64,000 nt of DNA from an uncultured Acidimicrobiaceae bacterium (GTDB lineage Bacteria; Actinomycetota; Acidimicrobiia; Acidimicrobiales; RAAP-2), in the NCBI GenBank assembly GCA_963831535.1, contig CAWHQP010000003.1:131366-195365 (forward strand), read 5' to 3'. Below, in pieces: positions 41,288 to 51,900 of this stretch. The notes under the pieces are model-generated. The model saw only the letters and a list, made by a program, of their open reading frames with translations, was not told where the DNA came from and did not search any database. How positions within the stretch are numbered: position 1 is the first letter of the stretch; the number at the start of each line of letters is the position of its first letter. Made by a program: the position numbers and the translations under genes.

Positions 41288-43370
41288 TCATGCCGGGACC
41301 TGCTCGGAACTCGAGTCCGACGTCCCTTTCGATCGCCGGGAATGGGACCCGGCGGCGGCGTGGCCGTGCCGAACGTCGGCGGAGGTGTCACGGACATCGG
41401 TGGATTCGCCACTGTCGGTGGCGGAACTGGCACCGTTGTCGATGTTCGCTTCGGTGTCCGAGGCGGTGGATACACCGATGGAGAACAGCAACGTCCTCAC
41501 CGCCTCCCCGTCCCGTCGAGAGGCCGCTTCGCGGAGGGCCACGAGTCCGGCGTCGAGTTCAGTGGCCGCAGAGGAGTTGGGGATCAGCTGGTTGATATAG
41601 GGATGGTAGGTGGTGAGCACCTCTTCCTCAGGGGAGCGGAGGACCTCGTCGAGCTTCTCACCCGGCCGGATGCCCACGATCTCGATGGGTATGTCCACTC
41701 CGACCTGGTAGCCCGATAGGCGAATCATGCGTTCGGCAAGTTCGACGATGCGGACGGGATCGCCCATCTCGAGCATGAAGATCTCGCCGCCGCCGTCCGA
41801 TAGCACAGACGATTCCAGAACGAGCTGGACGGCCTCCTCCACGCTCATGAAGAACCGGGTCATCCGGGCGTCGGTTACGGTCACCGGTCCGCCATCGGCG
41901 ATCTGTCGGGCGAAGGTGGGGATCACACTGCCCCGGCTGCCGAGGACGTTGCCGAAACGGACGGTGCAGTACGAGGCTCCGTACGGCGTCCGGGACAGGA
42001 CGATCTGCTCGGCCAGTCGCTTCGAGGCTCCCATGACACTGGAGGGTCGGACCGCTTTGTCGGACGAGATCTGAACGAACCGCTGGACGCCCACGGCGTT
42101 CGACCGCGTCCACCACGTTGAGGGTGCCGAACACGTTGGTGGTGGCGGCGGCGATGGGATGGTTCTCGAGCACGGGGACGTGCTTGTGTGCGGCGGCGTG
42201 GAACACCACTTCAGGTCGGTACCGATCGAATGCGGCGTTGAGGTCGGTCCGGTCGGTGATGTCGACCAGCGCCTGTTCGCAGGGTCCTCGCACCGTGGAC
42301 GCCGCATCGTGGAGGTGGGTCTCGTCGTGGTCGAGAAGGACCAGCAGGGAGGGACGGAGCTCGGCCACTTGCCGGCAGATCTCCGAACCGATCGAGCCAC
42401 CTGCCCCCGTGACCAGTACCCGTCTCCCTTCCAAGGATCGGCTGACCGTGGCCAGGTCGATAGGCACGGGCTGACGACCCAGAAGGTCCTCGATCCGGGG
42501 CTCGCGGGCCAGACGAAGCGGGCTCATGGATCCGGTGCGGTGGACGAGGTTGCTGACTCCCGGCAGCACCTTCATGGTCAGTTCTGCCTGCTCGCAGGCC
42601 TGCAGCACCCGTTCCACGGTTTCGGGGGGTGGATTGGGAATGGCCAGTAACACCTGTTGGAGCGTGTATCGACTGGCGGCCGTGGGAATGTCCGCAATCG
42701 ATCCGACCACGGGAACCCCGACCATGGAGAGACCATGGGCACGAACATCGTCATCGAAGACCGCCACGGGGACGAGGCCCGCACCGGGGCTGCGCAGCAT
42801 CTCCCGGATGGCGGCCGCACCGGCGTCGCGGCTGCCGACGACGGCCACACGCAGGCCGACCCGACGCGACCCTCGCTGCCACGCGAAGAGTCGTGAGTGG
42901 AAGCGCAGCAGGCCCATGCCCATCGTGGCGAACACGCACCCCACCGCGATGACCGTTATCGAGACCATTTCGATCTTGGCCATACGGCCGAGGGGGTAGG
43001 CCAGTAGCAACACACAGAGCGTCGTCGCTGCGGACAGTACGAGTTGGCGGGCCTCCTCGGCACCTGCGTGTCGCCACATGCGGCCATACAGGCCGAAGAC
43101 ATGGTTGGCACTGAGCGTGACGACCACTGCCAGGCCGAAGAAAGCGGCGAAATGTGGCCAGTAGAGACCCGGCGCCTTGTCCCGGAACCAGATTACTTCG
43201 GCGAACCCATAGCCGACGAACACGCAGAGGAGATCGAGAAGCATGAAGATGAGCCGGGAACGAACATGGCTGGCTCGAACGGCGACGTTCGGCTTGCTTG
43301 CATCCTGGGTGACGCCAGCCTCCTCGCCTGGGCCCAGCCCGGGCCCATCCTCCGACACGTTCTCACCCAT
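41288..43370 (-). pseudogene. Membrane-bound polysaccharide biosynthesis protein CapD / WbpM / PglF-like (UDP-HexNAc 4,6-dehydratase); one frameshift
   Basis: ORF 41658..43370(-) gives four N-terminal TM segments and then RRVLVTGAGGSIGSEICRQV...VFHAAAHKHVPVLE...TNVFGTLNVVDAV. The sense continues in ORF 41288..42400(-): NAVGVQRFVQISSDKAVRPSSVMGASKRLAEQ...VRFGNVLGSRGSVIPTF...TDARMTRFFMS. The break is near 42100. Confidence 0.8.
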
Positions 43371-44020
43371 GCATCCAGCCCCCTGATCAACCCGTTAGGA
43401 CGTCTGTTGACGATGCGTATCCGTCCACTCACCACGTGTGCCCATATGACGGGATCCGCCAAGCCGATCCGGTCGGTACGTACATCCGAACCACCGCTGC
43501 GGTCCCGCGACTTCAATCATGGAGCCGCTGGACCAATGATCCACCCAGCAACCGTCACATTCAGCAACTGCCACAGTCCGTACTGCACTGCCATTCCCCC
43601 AAGCGAGCCGCAGTCTGTGCCGGCACTTTCGGTCAGCCTTCCCCTTGCTGATCGATCATCACCCTACCCTGTTCGGGTCGGCACCGCCGAGGCTACAGAA
43701 CCGTGCCTCGACCGACCATCCCCAATAATGAGTATCGCCATCATGGTGGCGGAATCGGGTGGTTCCTAGAGAATTAGCCGGGAAATGGCCATGGGCCCGA
43801 GGTGGATTCAAGTTCAACCGCGACCGAGAGCTCGCCGCCCGACCGGGCCAACGCCGATCAACCGTCGACAAAGCCAAAAGCGCTGAACGATCCAGAGCCC
43901 TATGGACCGGTAGCATTTCACCGTGATTTCGGCTCCCTACAGTCAATGTTGGGGATATCCGGCCGCTGCGGCTGCGGTATATGATCTGCTGTCTACGTAG
44001 GGCAGGGGAGTAGGAGAACA
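43371..44020. promoter_or_regulatory. 650-bp divergent intergenic region between the capD-like operon (-) and the PCP operon (+)
   Basis: There is no credible ORF here; the listed ORFs 43044..43769(+) and 43659..44084(-) have non-protein-like composition. The region is visibly more AT-rich than its surroundings. An AGGAG lies 5 nt upstream of ATG 44021. Confidence 0.5.
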
Positions 44021-45661
44021 ATGGAGCCGATTGACTATGCCGGGGCGCTCCGGCGCAGCTGGCGTCTGCTGATATTGCTGGCACTGGTGGGAGGGGTTAT
44101 CGCCGTTCTGCTCCCGGTGTCGAAGCCCCATGCCAATGGCAAGCACTCGGATTTCAAGTGGGTGTCCAGCGCCTTGGTGGGGTCGGCACCCAACGGAAAC
44201 GGCAACGCGATCGCCGGCGGGGTCAGCAGTGACCAGATCCAGTTCTACGCCCAGAGCCTCGCCGTGCAGGGCCTGGCGGCCCGGATGGCGAAGCAGAACA
44301 TCCCCCAGTTCAAGTATCCCCTGTACTTCGAGGCCACCATCACGGCGTCCTACACCACGTCGCAACCGGCGTCTTCTTCGGCCACCACCACGCCGCCCAA
44401 GAAGGGTCAGGACACGCTCGTTCTCCTGACGACCCACGGCAAGACCGCCGACGACGCCATCAATCTGGCCAACAGCTGGGCGGGCGCGCTGCAGTACTAC
44501 CTGATCGCCGTGGCGCAGGCCCATCCCAAGGTTTCGAGCACGAAGACGACGCCAACCACGTACACCGGATATCAGGTCCAGCAGTACGCCGAGTCCGCCA
44601 CCCGTGTCGGCGCAGGGAAAGCCGGCCTGACATCGAGTCGCAAGGTGCGCCTGCTGGCCGGATTGGTCATCGGAGCCGCCCTCGGAGCCGCCATCGTGCT
44701 GCTACGCGAGCTTCTCGACAAGCACCTCCGGAGTGCGGCGCGGGCCGAGGCGAACTTCGGGTTTCCCGTCGTGGCCGAGATCCCCGTTGGGGAGAGGCCG
44801 GCCGGAGCAGTGGCCATCGGACCGGTTCCCATGGTCGACGTGGTGAGACAGCCCGACTCACCGGGAGCAGAGGCTTTCCGGAAGCTACGGATGTCGGTGA
44901 TGTTCGAAGCGCTGGCTCCTCTCCCCGTCCCCGAAGATCCGCTCGGAGGGGCCTACGGTCCACTCGGTCCCGCACCGGCGGTACCGGAAGTGCAGCGCGT
45001 CCAGGGGACCGGTGGCCGGTCGATCGTGCTGGTCGTTTCGGCCGGTACTGAGCCCTCCCGCCCTCATGTCGCAGCGAACCTGGCGGCCGTCTACGCCGAG
45101 TCCGGCCAGCAGGTGGCCGTAATCAGCACGGGTAGCGTGGAGAGCGGCAGCCCGGTGGCTATTCACGGATCTGATTCCAACGAGATCCGCCCTGAGGATG
45201 TGGCTGCTCGGATGGAGCCCTCGAGGTTGCCCAACGTGTTCCGACTTCCGCTCGACTCGTTCATCGGAAACAGCGGCCAGCTGGTCATGCGGGCCCCTTC
45301 ACTCTTGAAGGCAGCGGCCACCCTGGTGGACCTCGTCATCGTCGAGACGCCACCCCTACTCGCCGTGCACCACGCCGAAGCACTGTCCCACGCCGTCGAC
45401 GCGGTTCTCGTCGTGGCCGAGTGCCGGGTTACCACGTTCGACGAGGCCCGCAGAGCGGGGGACCGACTGAGGCGGATCGAAGCGCCGGTGCTCGGCGTGG
45501 TGCTGACCAATGTGAACGTCCCCCGCAACGATATTCGACAGGCCGTGCCGAGACACCAGCCCGACGAGGCTCCGCAAGCCGAACCGGACAAGGAGCCAGC
45601 CCTGGCCGTGAGTGGGGGGTTCGAGTCACCGCAGGAACCCGCGACACCCCCACAGGCCTGA
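44021..45661 (+). CDS. Polysaccharide co-polymerase (Wzz-like) fused to a degenerate BY-kinase (CpsD/Wzc-type P-loop) domain
   Basis: Intact ORF, 546 aa. TM1 is WRLLILLALVGGVIAVLL. A periplasmic-type segment follows, then TM2 (VRLLAGLVIGAALGAAIVLL). The conserved stretch RQPDSPGAEAFRKLRMSV comes next. An ATPase-like domain follows in which the Walker A position reads VVSAGTEPSRPHVAANLA, with no GK[ST]. Walker B reads DLVIVETPPLL. There is no C-terminal Tyr cluster. Confidence 0.75.
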   Translation: MEPIDYAGALRRSWRLLILLALVGGVIAVLLPVSKPHANGKHSDFKWVSSALVGSAPNGNGNAIAGGVSSDQIQFYAQSLAVQGLAARMAKQNIPQFKYPLYFEATITASYTTSQPASSSATTTPPKKGQDTLVLLTTHGKTADDAINLANSWAGALQYYLIAVAQAHPKVSSTKTTPTTYTGYQVQQYAESATRVGAGKAGLTSSRKVRLLAGLVIGAALGAAIVLLRELLDKHLRSAARAEANFGFPVVAEIPVGERPAGAVAIGPVPMVDVVRQPDSPGAEAFRKLRMSVMFEALAPLPVPEDPLGGAYGPLGPAPAVPEVQRVQGTGGRSIVLVVSAGTEPSRPHVAANLAAVYAESGQQVAVISTGSVESGSPVAIHGSDSNEIRPEDVAARMEPSRLPNVFRLPLDSFIGNSGQLVMRAPSLLKAAATLVDLVIVETPPLLAVHHAEALSHAVDAVLVVAECRVTTFDEARRAGDRLRRIEAPVLGVVLTNVNVPRNDIRQAVPRHQPDEAPQAEPDKEPALAVSGGFESPQEPATPPQA

Positions 45662-45683
45662 CCTCGAACTGACTGGTCGCTCC

Positions 45684-47023
45684 ATGCTCATTGCGGCCCA
45701 AGTTGCCACCAATCCCATCGTGGCCCTCTTCGTGGCCGTGATCCTGTTCGGACTGGGTCGCATGATCATCCAGAGGGTGGCCTTGGCGGAGGCCAATCCC
45801 TGGTTGGTCCGGGTCATGACGGCCGGGTTGGTACTCCATCTTCTGGCCGCTCCCACCCAGATCTTCGTCGTCGACCACTTCTACGGCGGCATCGCCGACT
45901 GGATCCGCTACACCCATCAGGGCTCCATCCTCGGGCCCAACTTCCGCCACTTCAACTTCACTACCGCTGGTGCCAATGTCCGTCAGATCGTCAACGACGG
46001 ATCGGTCAGTATCGCCACGGGCATCGTCATGGCCATCGTCGGGGTCAACGAGCTGGCCACGTTCCTGGTGTTCAGCTGGCTGTCGTTCATCGGGACCATC
46101 TTCTTCTACCGGGCCTTCAGCCTCACGTTCCGCGGTGCCAACGACCGACGCTACGCGCTGATGCTGTTCTTCCTCCCGTCGCTGATCTTCTGGACTGCGG
46201 ACGTCAGCAAGGAAGCGCTCATGATGTTCGCCCTCGGCCTGGTCGCCTACGGCGCGGCCAAGATCCTGGCCCGCCGACGGGGAGGATTCGTCCTGGTGGC
46301 GCCGGGGGTGGCCATCGGCGTACTAATCCGGCCCAACGAGCTGCTGTTGATCCTGGCCGGATTCGCCGTGGCCATGATGGTCCCCACCGCCGCGGTCCGC
46401 AAGAACCTGGGGGCGTCGCGGCGGATCTTGAGTCTCGTCCTTGCTGGGAGGACTGTTGGCGCTGTCGGCGGCCCTGACGGTTCGCTACCTGCACGGCAGT
46501 GGTAACGGGAGCCTCTCGCTGCAGCAGACCAACTCCAACAACCAGGGCACGGGTCTCGGTTTCGGCAGCAGTGGTGTTCCCTACTCGACCAACCTCGCCA
46601 CCTATCCGAGGGACATCTACGAGGTGTTGTTCAATCCGTTGATCTTCAACGCCCACGGGTTCGGTGAGTTGGTGGCGGGGCTCGAGAATTCCGTCATTGA
46701 TCGTGTTGATCCTGCTGTCGCTGCGCAATCTGCGGATGGTGCTCCGGGCGGCGTTCGCCCGTCCCTACGTCATGCTCTGCCTCACCTACACCTTGGCATT
46801 CATCTACACATTCGCCGCCTTGGGTAACCTCGGTCTGATCGAACGGGAGCGGGTGATGATGTTCCCATTCCTGTTTGTTCTGTTGTGTATTCCGAGAACC
46901 CCCAAGACCCAACGTGTCCACTTCCAATGGGAGCTGCGGAGACGTTCACGCCTGCTACTGCGTCAGGCTGCAGAACAGCGAGACGCCCGGCAGAGGCTGC
47001 TCAGGAATCCTTCGGGGGGTTGA
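45684..47023 (+). pseudogene. Polytopic membrane protein, possible glycan polymerase/ligase (Wzy-like); two frameshifts
   Basis: Three consecutive fragments are all very hydrophobic. ORF 45612..46505 (from ATG 45684) gives MLIAAQVATNPIVALFVAVILFGL.... ORF 46441..46827 gives LGGLLALSAALTVRYL...YPRDIYEVLFNPLIFNAHGFGELVAGLENS. ORF 46664..47023 gives LIVLILLSLRNLRMVLRAAFARPYVMLCLTYTLAFIYTFAALGNLGLIERERVMMFPFLFVLL. Breaks are near 46440 and 46690. The function is inferred only from topology and context. Confidence 0.5.
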
Positions 47024-47300
47024 TCACCGCCATGCCGGCGGGCGGCCACGATCGCCGCGGGGTAGTGGCAACGGAGGGTGCCAGCCAGTTGAGGAGTGGG
47101 CGAGAGCCGAATGCCGTGATCGCCGGGAACGGCACCGTACCCGGACACCTTCGCCACGCTGGGTGACGGTTCGGTGACGACCAGCGACTCCTGATCCACC
47201 CGCCCTACCGGGGTAGACGACCGGTCGTACGTTCGAGTGCGGGTACTTGGGTCCGCCCTCGGTCGAGCACCGGGCCTCGGGTCCGGCCCCCTCGGGCGCC

Positions 47301-48154
47301 TCAGTCGTCGAACGTGTAGGAGGAGAGCACCTCGTAGCGCTCGATGAGACGCTCGACATCGGTGCGTTCCGCCACCGTCCACGGAATCGAATCTCGGGTC
47401 CGCCTGGTTCTCGCCCACACGATGCCAGCACAGGCCTCGAGGTAGGTGGGCTCGGTGTCCACGCCGAGGAATCGGCAGAGCCCGGTCAACTCCGGGACGG
47501 TGTGGCTGGCGAAGTCCTCGTAGCGGATGTCGACCAGCTCCTCGGGCGCCAAGAGCGGCCGGACCGCCTCCACGGACCGGCAGATCTGCTCGTACCACTC
47601 CGTCGCCTGGGTGAGGGACATCTTGTGACGTCGGGCCTCGGTGGCGATGTTGTCGAACGGATTGCGGGTGACATGGATCACCCGTAGCGGTACCTTCACC
47701 ACGTGACGCATCCGATCCAGCAACTGCGGCCGTTGGGCGATCTGGAGTACCGAGGATCGGGCCCGCTTGTCACCGATGATCCGCAGTCGGTCGAACCGCC
47801 CCTGGAACTGGCCGGGGATCTCGTACTGGTAGCCGGACCAGGTCCGACCGATCGAACCGAACTGCTGGTCCCGCTGGAGGAGCAGGGAAAAGAGCTGGGA
47901 GCGCCTGAACCCGTGTCGGACATAGCGGACGGCATCGAGTTCGTGAGCGATGACCATGTCTCGGGTGGGCGTTGAGCAGTGTGGCCACCAGCGTGTGGCC
48001 GCTCCGGGCGTAACCGATGAAGAAGCAGAAGCGGTCCAGATCGGAGAAGTCCGGACCGGGCCAGCAGTGCAGCGCCGAGGAGGCGTAGAGCCCGGCCCAC
48101 TGGCGCCGGGTACGTGGATCGGGAAGCCCGTCCAACGCCGGAGGCGACCCCCAT
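47301..48154 (-). pseudogene. Sulfotransferase family protein (no. 1); frameshifted
   Basis: ORF 47301..47957(-) carries ...RIIGDKRARSS...VIHVTRNPFDNIATEARRHK...DIRYEDF.... The N-terminal PAPS-binding loop DRFCFFIGYARSGHTLVATLLNAHP is in the tail of ORF 47770..48804(-). The probable ATG at 48154 is followed immediately by a 5-base homopolymer (C5 on the plus strand, 48148-48152). Removing one base from it joins ATG to GSPPALDGLPDP...WAGLY. A second break is near 47955. Confidence 0.7.
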
Positions 48155-48176
48155 CCCGGGGACGCCGGGGGGGCGC

Positions 48177-49367
48177 TCAGTGACCGGCCACCGTCTTGAT
48201 CCGGGAGCGATCCGGGTCCACCGCCAGAACCCGAGTGTCCCGGTGCCCGCCTGTCGAGGAGGGGCTGCAGGATGGTCATCCACTGCTGGCCCACGGCGGC
48301 CAGGCTGAAGTTGTCCTCACATCGGGCGCGGGCCGCCTGTCCGATCGATGAGCGGAGCGCCGCGTCCCGGAGTAGCCGGGCGGTGACCGCGGTCATTGCC
48401 GCCACATCGTCAACGGGGACGATGAAGCCCGTCGCACCGTCCTCGACAACCGAGCTTGCGCCCGGCACCGAGGTGGCCACCACGGGTATCCCCGTCAGTC
48501 CCGCCTCGATCAGCACGCCCGGCATTCCCTCGCCGGCCGGGCGGCTGGGGAAGACCATGACGTCGGCCTGACGTAACTGGTCGGCGACGTCCGAACGGGA
48601 GCCCAGCATCTCCACGCCATTGGCGGCGGCCGGCCCGGCTACGGTCTGGCGCAGCGGTCCGTCTCCGATCAGTGCGGCCGGCATTCGGACCCCGTCGGCC
48701 CGCAGGCCGCGCCACAACATCGATGAACGGTCGGGCGCTTTCCCCTCTGTCAGATGCGCCGACGAAGGTGACCCGTGGTGGCCCGGAGGCGGTGGCGTCG
48801 TCACCGGGGGTGGAACTCGGCAGGGTCACGACCATTCGGGGTCACGGTCGACCCGGTGGGGCGGTACTCCGAACCGGGCGATGCACTCGTCGCGGACCTC
48901 CTGGCCCTCGGCCGCGATGGCGTCGGCACGCGACATCAGGTAGCTCCACAGGAACCGCTGCACGCCGAGGGCCGAGCCCGAGTAGGTGCCGATGGCGTAG
49001 TAGACCGCGGTCTCCTGTGGCCGATCATGGCTGCCACCAGGTATTTCAGAGGCTCGCTCCCGTGCGCCACAACCACCTCGGGATCCATGCGGTCCAGGGC
49101 GCGGCGAAGCTGGATGACCAGGCGGGGGTCGAAACCCACGGCGGGTGAGTCACCGCCCGGATGCTCCAGCGAGAGGTCGACGACCACCTCGGGGGCTCCG
49201 GCGAAGAGCGCTGAGCACCCGGTGGACCCGTATCCCCGGCAGGTCGAGTTGGTCGGCCAGTGCCCGTGCCTCGCGTTGGGCACCACGGGCCACGTGGTGT
49301 CGGGATCACGTGCAGCACCAGCGAACCATCGGTCGACGTCAACCCATCGGTGGTCGCGCTCGGTCAT
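48177..49367 (-). pseudogene. GT4-family glycosyltransferase; heavily frameshifted (at least 5 breaks)
   Basis: ATG 49367 follows AGGGGGG. Pieces are scattered over all three reverse frames. They are LVLHVIP (ORF 49046..49342), RGAQREARALADQLDLPGIRVHRVL (unlisted frame) and APEVVVDLSLEHPGGDS...DPEVVVAHGSEPLKYLVAAMIGH (ORF 48936..49367). They continue with ETAVYYAIGTYSGSALGVQRFLWSYLMSRADAIAAEGQEVRDECIARFGVPPHRV (unlisted frame) and DDATASGPPRVTFVGA (ORF 48410..48835). The last piece is PAALIGDGPLRQ...VMVFPSRPAGEGMPGVLIEAGLTGIPVVATSVPGASSVVEDGATGFIV (ORF 47770..48804). The probable stop is TGA at 48177-48179. Confidence 0.65.
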
Positions 49368-49521
49368 AGGCGGCCCCCCTGCTGCGGCCGGTCACTCCGG
49401 CGTCGAGACCCTACCAGCCTGGTAGGTGGCACCTCCTCCGCTACCATCGACCGGGTCCGGGTCACCCGGTGCCGCGACCACGCGGTCGCCGTCCCCGGAC
49501 GCATCGGTGCGAGAGGTAACG

Positions 49522-50759
49522 ATGAGGACCCTGGTAATCGCCGGAGACTTTCCCTGGCCGGAGGACAGAGGACCCCGGCTGCGGCTGGCCATGGTGCTCC
49601 GCGGCCTGCGTCGATGCGGCCCGGTGGAGTTGGTCTCGGTGGTCTCGCAGTTCCGCAACGACTTCGATCCGCCCGACGCATCGTTGGATCTGGCCCAGGT
49701 GGCCCGCATCGGATTCGACAACCGACCGGCAACCGGGGCTGGCCTGATGGCAACGCTCGGACGTCCGGCCATGCCGATCGGACTGCCCTGGCGGGACAGC
49801 GCGGCGCGTGCAGAGGCCCTGGCCCGCTTCTGCCAGGGGCCGGTACGACCTGGTGTGGTTCTTCGGTGCGCGGCCGTGGGTCCTGGCCGGTGAGCCCGTG
49901 CTCGCGCCCACCGTCCTCGATCTCGACGATCTCGAGGATCAGAAGATCGCTGGCCCGGCTGTCGGCACCGCGTCCGCCGACCTCGGCATGGGCGGGGAAG
50001 CTGCGACGTATCGGCGAGCGCCTGGGTGGCCGGAGGAGGAGATCCGCCGGTGGCGTCGCCTGCATCGTCGGGCCGGTGCCCGCACCGGGGCCATCGTGGT
50101 GCTGTAGCCCGCTCGATGCTCGATCGGGCCACCGCCCAGGGTGTGCCCCGGGTGTCGGTGATCCCGAACGCTTACCCGTCCATCGGCGATCCGGTTGGAC
50201 GCCGGACGGTCGGCGCACCGCCGTGCCTGCTGTTCCAGGGCCTGCTCAGCTATCCACCCAACATCGACGCCGCCCCTTGGCTGGCCCGGGAGGTCGGCCC
50301 GGGCGTGCGGGCCCAGATCCCCGATGTGCAGGTCCGGCTGGTCGGGGACCACCATGCCGACCTGACGGCGCTGGACGATCCACCCCGGGTCACCGTGGTC
50401 GGCCGGGTGCCCGAGATCATCACCGAGCTGGCCCGGGCCGATCTCGTGGTGGTGCCGGTTCGCTACGGGAGCGGCACCAGGATCAAGATCCTCGAGGCGT
50501 TCCGCCACCGGATGCCGGTGGTGTCGACGACGCTCGGCGCCGAAGGGCTCGGAGTGGAGGACGGCGTCCACCTGCTCATTGGGGACATCGGTTCCGGCGT
50601 TGGCCGACGGCCTGCGCCCGCCTGCTCGGCGACAGCCCAAGCTCCGAGAGGCCATCACGAGCCAGCGCCTTCCATCTGTACTGCCGAGCGCTTTCGGGCG
50701 AGGTCATCGAGGCGGACATCGAACGCCTGGCCCGCGACGTGGCCCGGGCTCACGCGTAG
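49522..50759 (+). pseudogene. GT4-family glycosyltransferase, paralogue of 5282..6524; at least 4 frameshifts
   Basis: The pieces run in order. ORF 49426..49893 gives MRTLVIAGDFPWPEDRGPRLRLAMVLRGL.... ORF 49808..50107 gives RYDLVWFFGARPWVLAGEPVLAPTVLDLDDLEDQKIA. ORF 50026..50799 gives VSVIPNAYP...CLLFQGLLSYPPNIDAAPWLAREV...VVPVRYGSGTRIKILEAFRHRMPVVSTTLGAEGLGVEDGVHLLIGD. ORF 49260..50759 gives the C-terminus LLGDSP...SGEVIEADIERLARDVARAHA*. Confidence 0.7.
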
Positions 50760-50798
50760 AGCCGAAGACACGTCGCAGGCCAAGCCTGCGGCAAGTTG

Positions 50799-51834
50799 AT
50801 GCATCGCGTAACATTGCCGCCCATGGAAGTCCTGGCGCTGTACCTCCCCCAATTCCACCCCATCCCCGAGAACGACCGGTGGTGGGGTGTGGGCTTCACC
50901 GAGTGGGCCAAAGTCGTCCGGGCCCGTCCGTTGTTCCGGGGTCACGTGCAACCCCATCTGCCCACCGAACTGGGCTTCTACGACCTGCGGGTGCCCGAAG
51001 TACCGGGAGGCCCAGGCCGATCTGGCCCGCCGGCTACGGAGTCACCGGCTTCTGCTACTGGCACTACTGGTTCGCCGGCCACCGCCTCCTCGAGCGCCCC
51101 TTCGACGAGGTGGTCGCCGTCGGGTCAGCCCGACTTCCCCTTCTGTGTGGCCTGGGCCAACCAGAGCTGGTCCGGGATCTGGCACGGGGCACCCGACCGG
51201 ATGCTGATGGAGCAGACCTATCCCGGACCTGACGACGACTCGTGCCCACTTCGCCTGCTTAGACCGTGCGTTCGAGGATCCCCGCTACGTCAGGATCGCC
51301 GGCCGGCCGGTCCTGTTCATCTACCAGGCCGGCAATCTCCTGCCCAGCCGGCCCGGTTCGTCGAGGATGGCAGAAGATGGCCCACGACGCCGGACTGGGA
51401 GGCCTGTACCTGGTGGCGTTCCTCGGCGAGCACGAGTACGGGTCGCAGGTGGAGGATGGGTTCGATGCGGCCGTCCACTTCCAGTTCCCCTTCGGGTCGG
51501 ACCTCGCCACCTGGGTCGCGGGAGCGCCTGCGATCGCGTGGCTTGGTCCACAGCCCGAAGCGCTATCCCTATGCCGGACGACCACCGCCGGCCCACCCGC
51601 CGGCCTGGGCGGTCGGCTGTTCCCCAGCGTCTACCCGAACTGGGACAACACGCCCCGCATGGGCCGGACGGGCTGGTGGCCACGGGCTCCACCCCCGAGC
51701 GCTTCGGGCCCACGTCCGCCGAGGCCGCCGAGTTGGCCTCAGCCCACCCCCCCGGTGAACAGCTGCTGATGATCAAGTCGTGGAACGAGTGGGCCGAGGG
51801 GAACTACCTCGAGCCCGACGACGAGTACGGGTAG
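50799..51834 (+). pseudogene. WbsX-family glycan-modifying protein (Glyco_tran_WbsX / GH99-like fold); at least 5 frameshifts
   Basis: The pieces run in order. ORF 50796..51758 gives MEVLALYLPQFHPIPENDRWWGVGFTEWAKVVRARPLFRGHVQPHLPTELGFYDLRVPEV. ORF 50579..51232 gives YGVTGFCYWHYWFAGHRLLERPFDEVV. ORF 50796 again gives QPDFPFCVAWANQSWSGIWHGAPDRMLMEQTY. ORF 51266..51769 gives WQKMAHDAGLGGLYLVAFLGEHE...FPSVYPNWDNTPR. ORF 51367..51834 gives LLMIKSWNEWAEGNYLEPDDEYG*. Confidence 0.7.
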
Positions 51835-51900
51835 GGACGGCTCGAGGCCCTGGCCGCTGCGCGCTCACGCCAGGACGCGGCCCGACCTCCCCGCTGAGAG

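Noticed and set aside
46963-47598. Minus-strand ORF (211 aa) in the convergent gap 47024-47300, including a semi-protein-like stretch VDQESLVVTEPSPSVAKVSGYGAVPGDHGIRLSP
   Set aside because: It overlaps the 3' ends of both flanking genes. I recognise no motif, and third-position GC is only moderate. The evidence is insufficient for a gene call.
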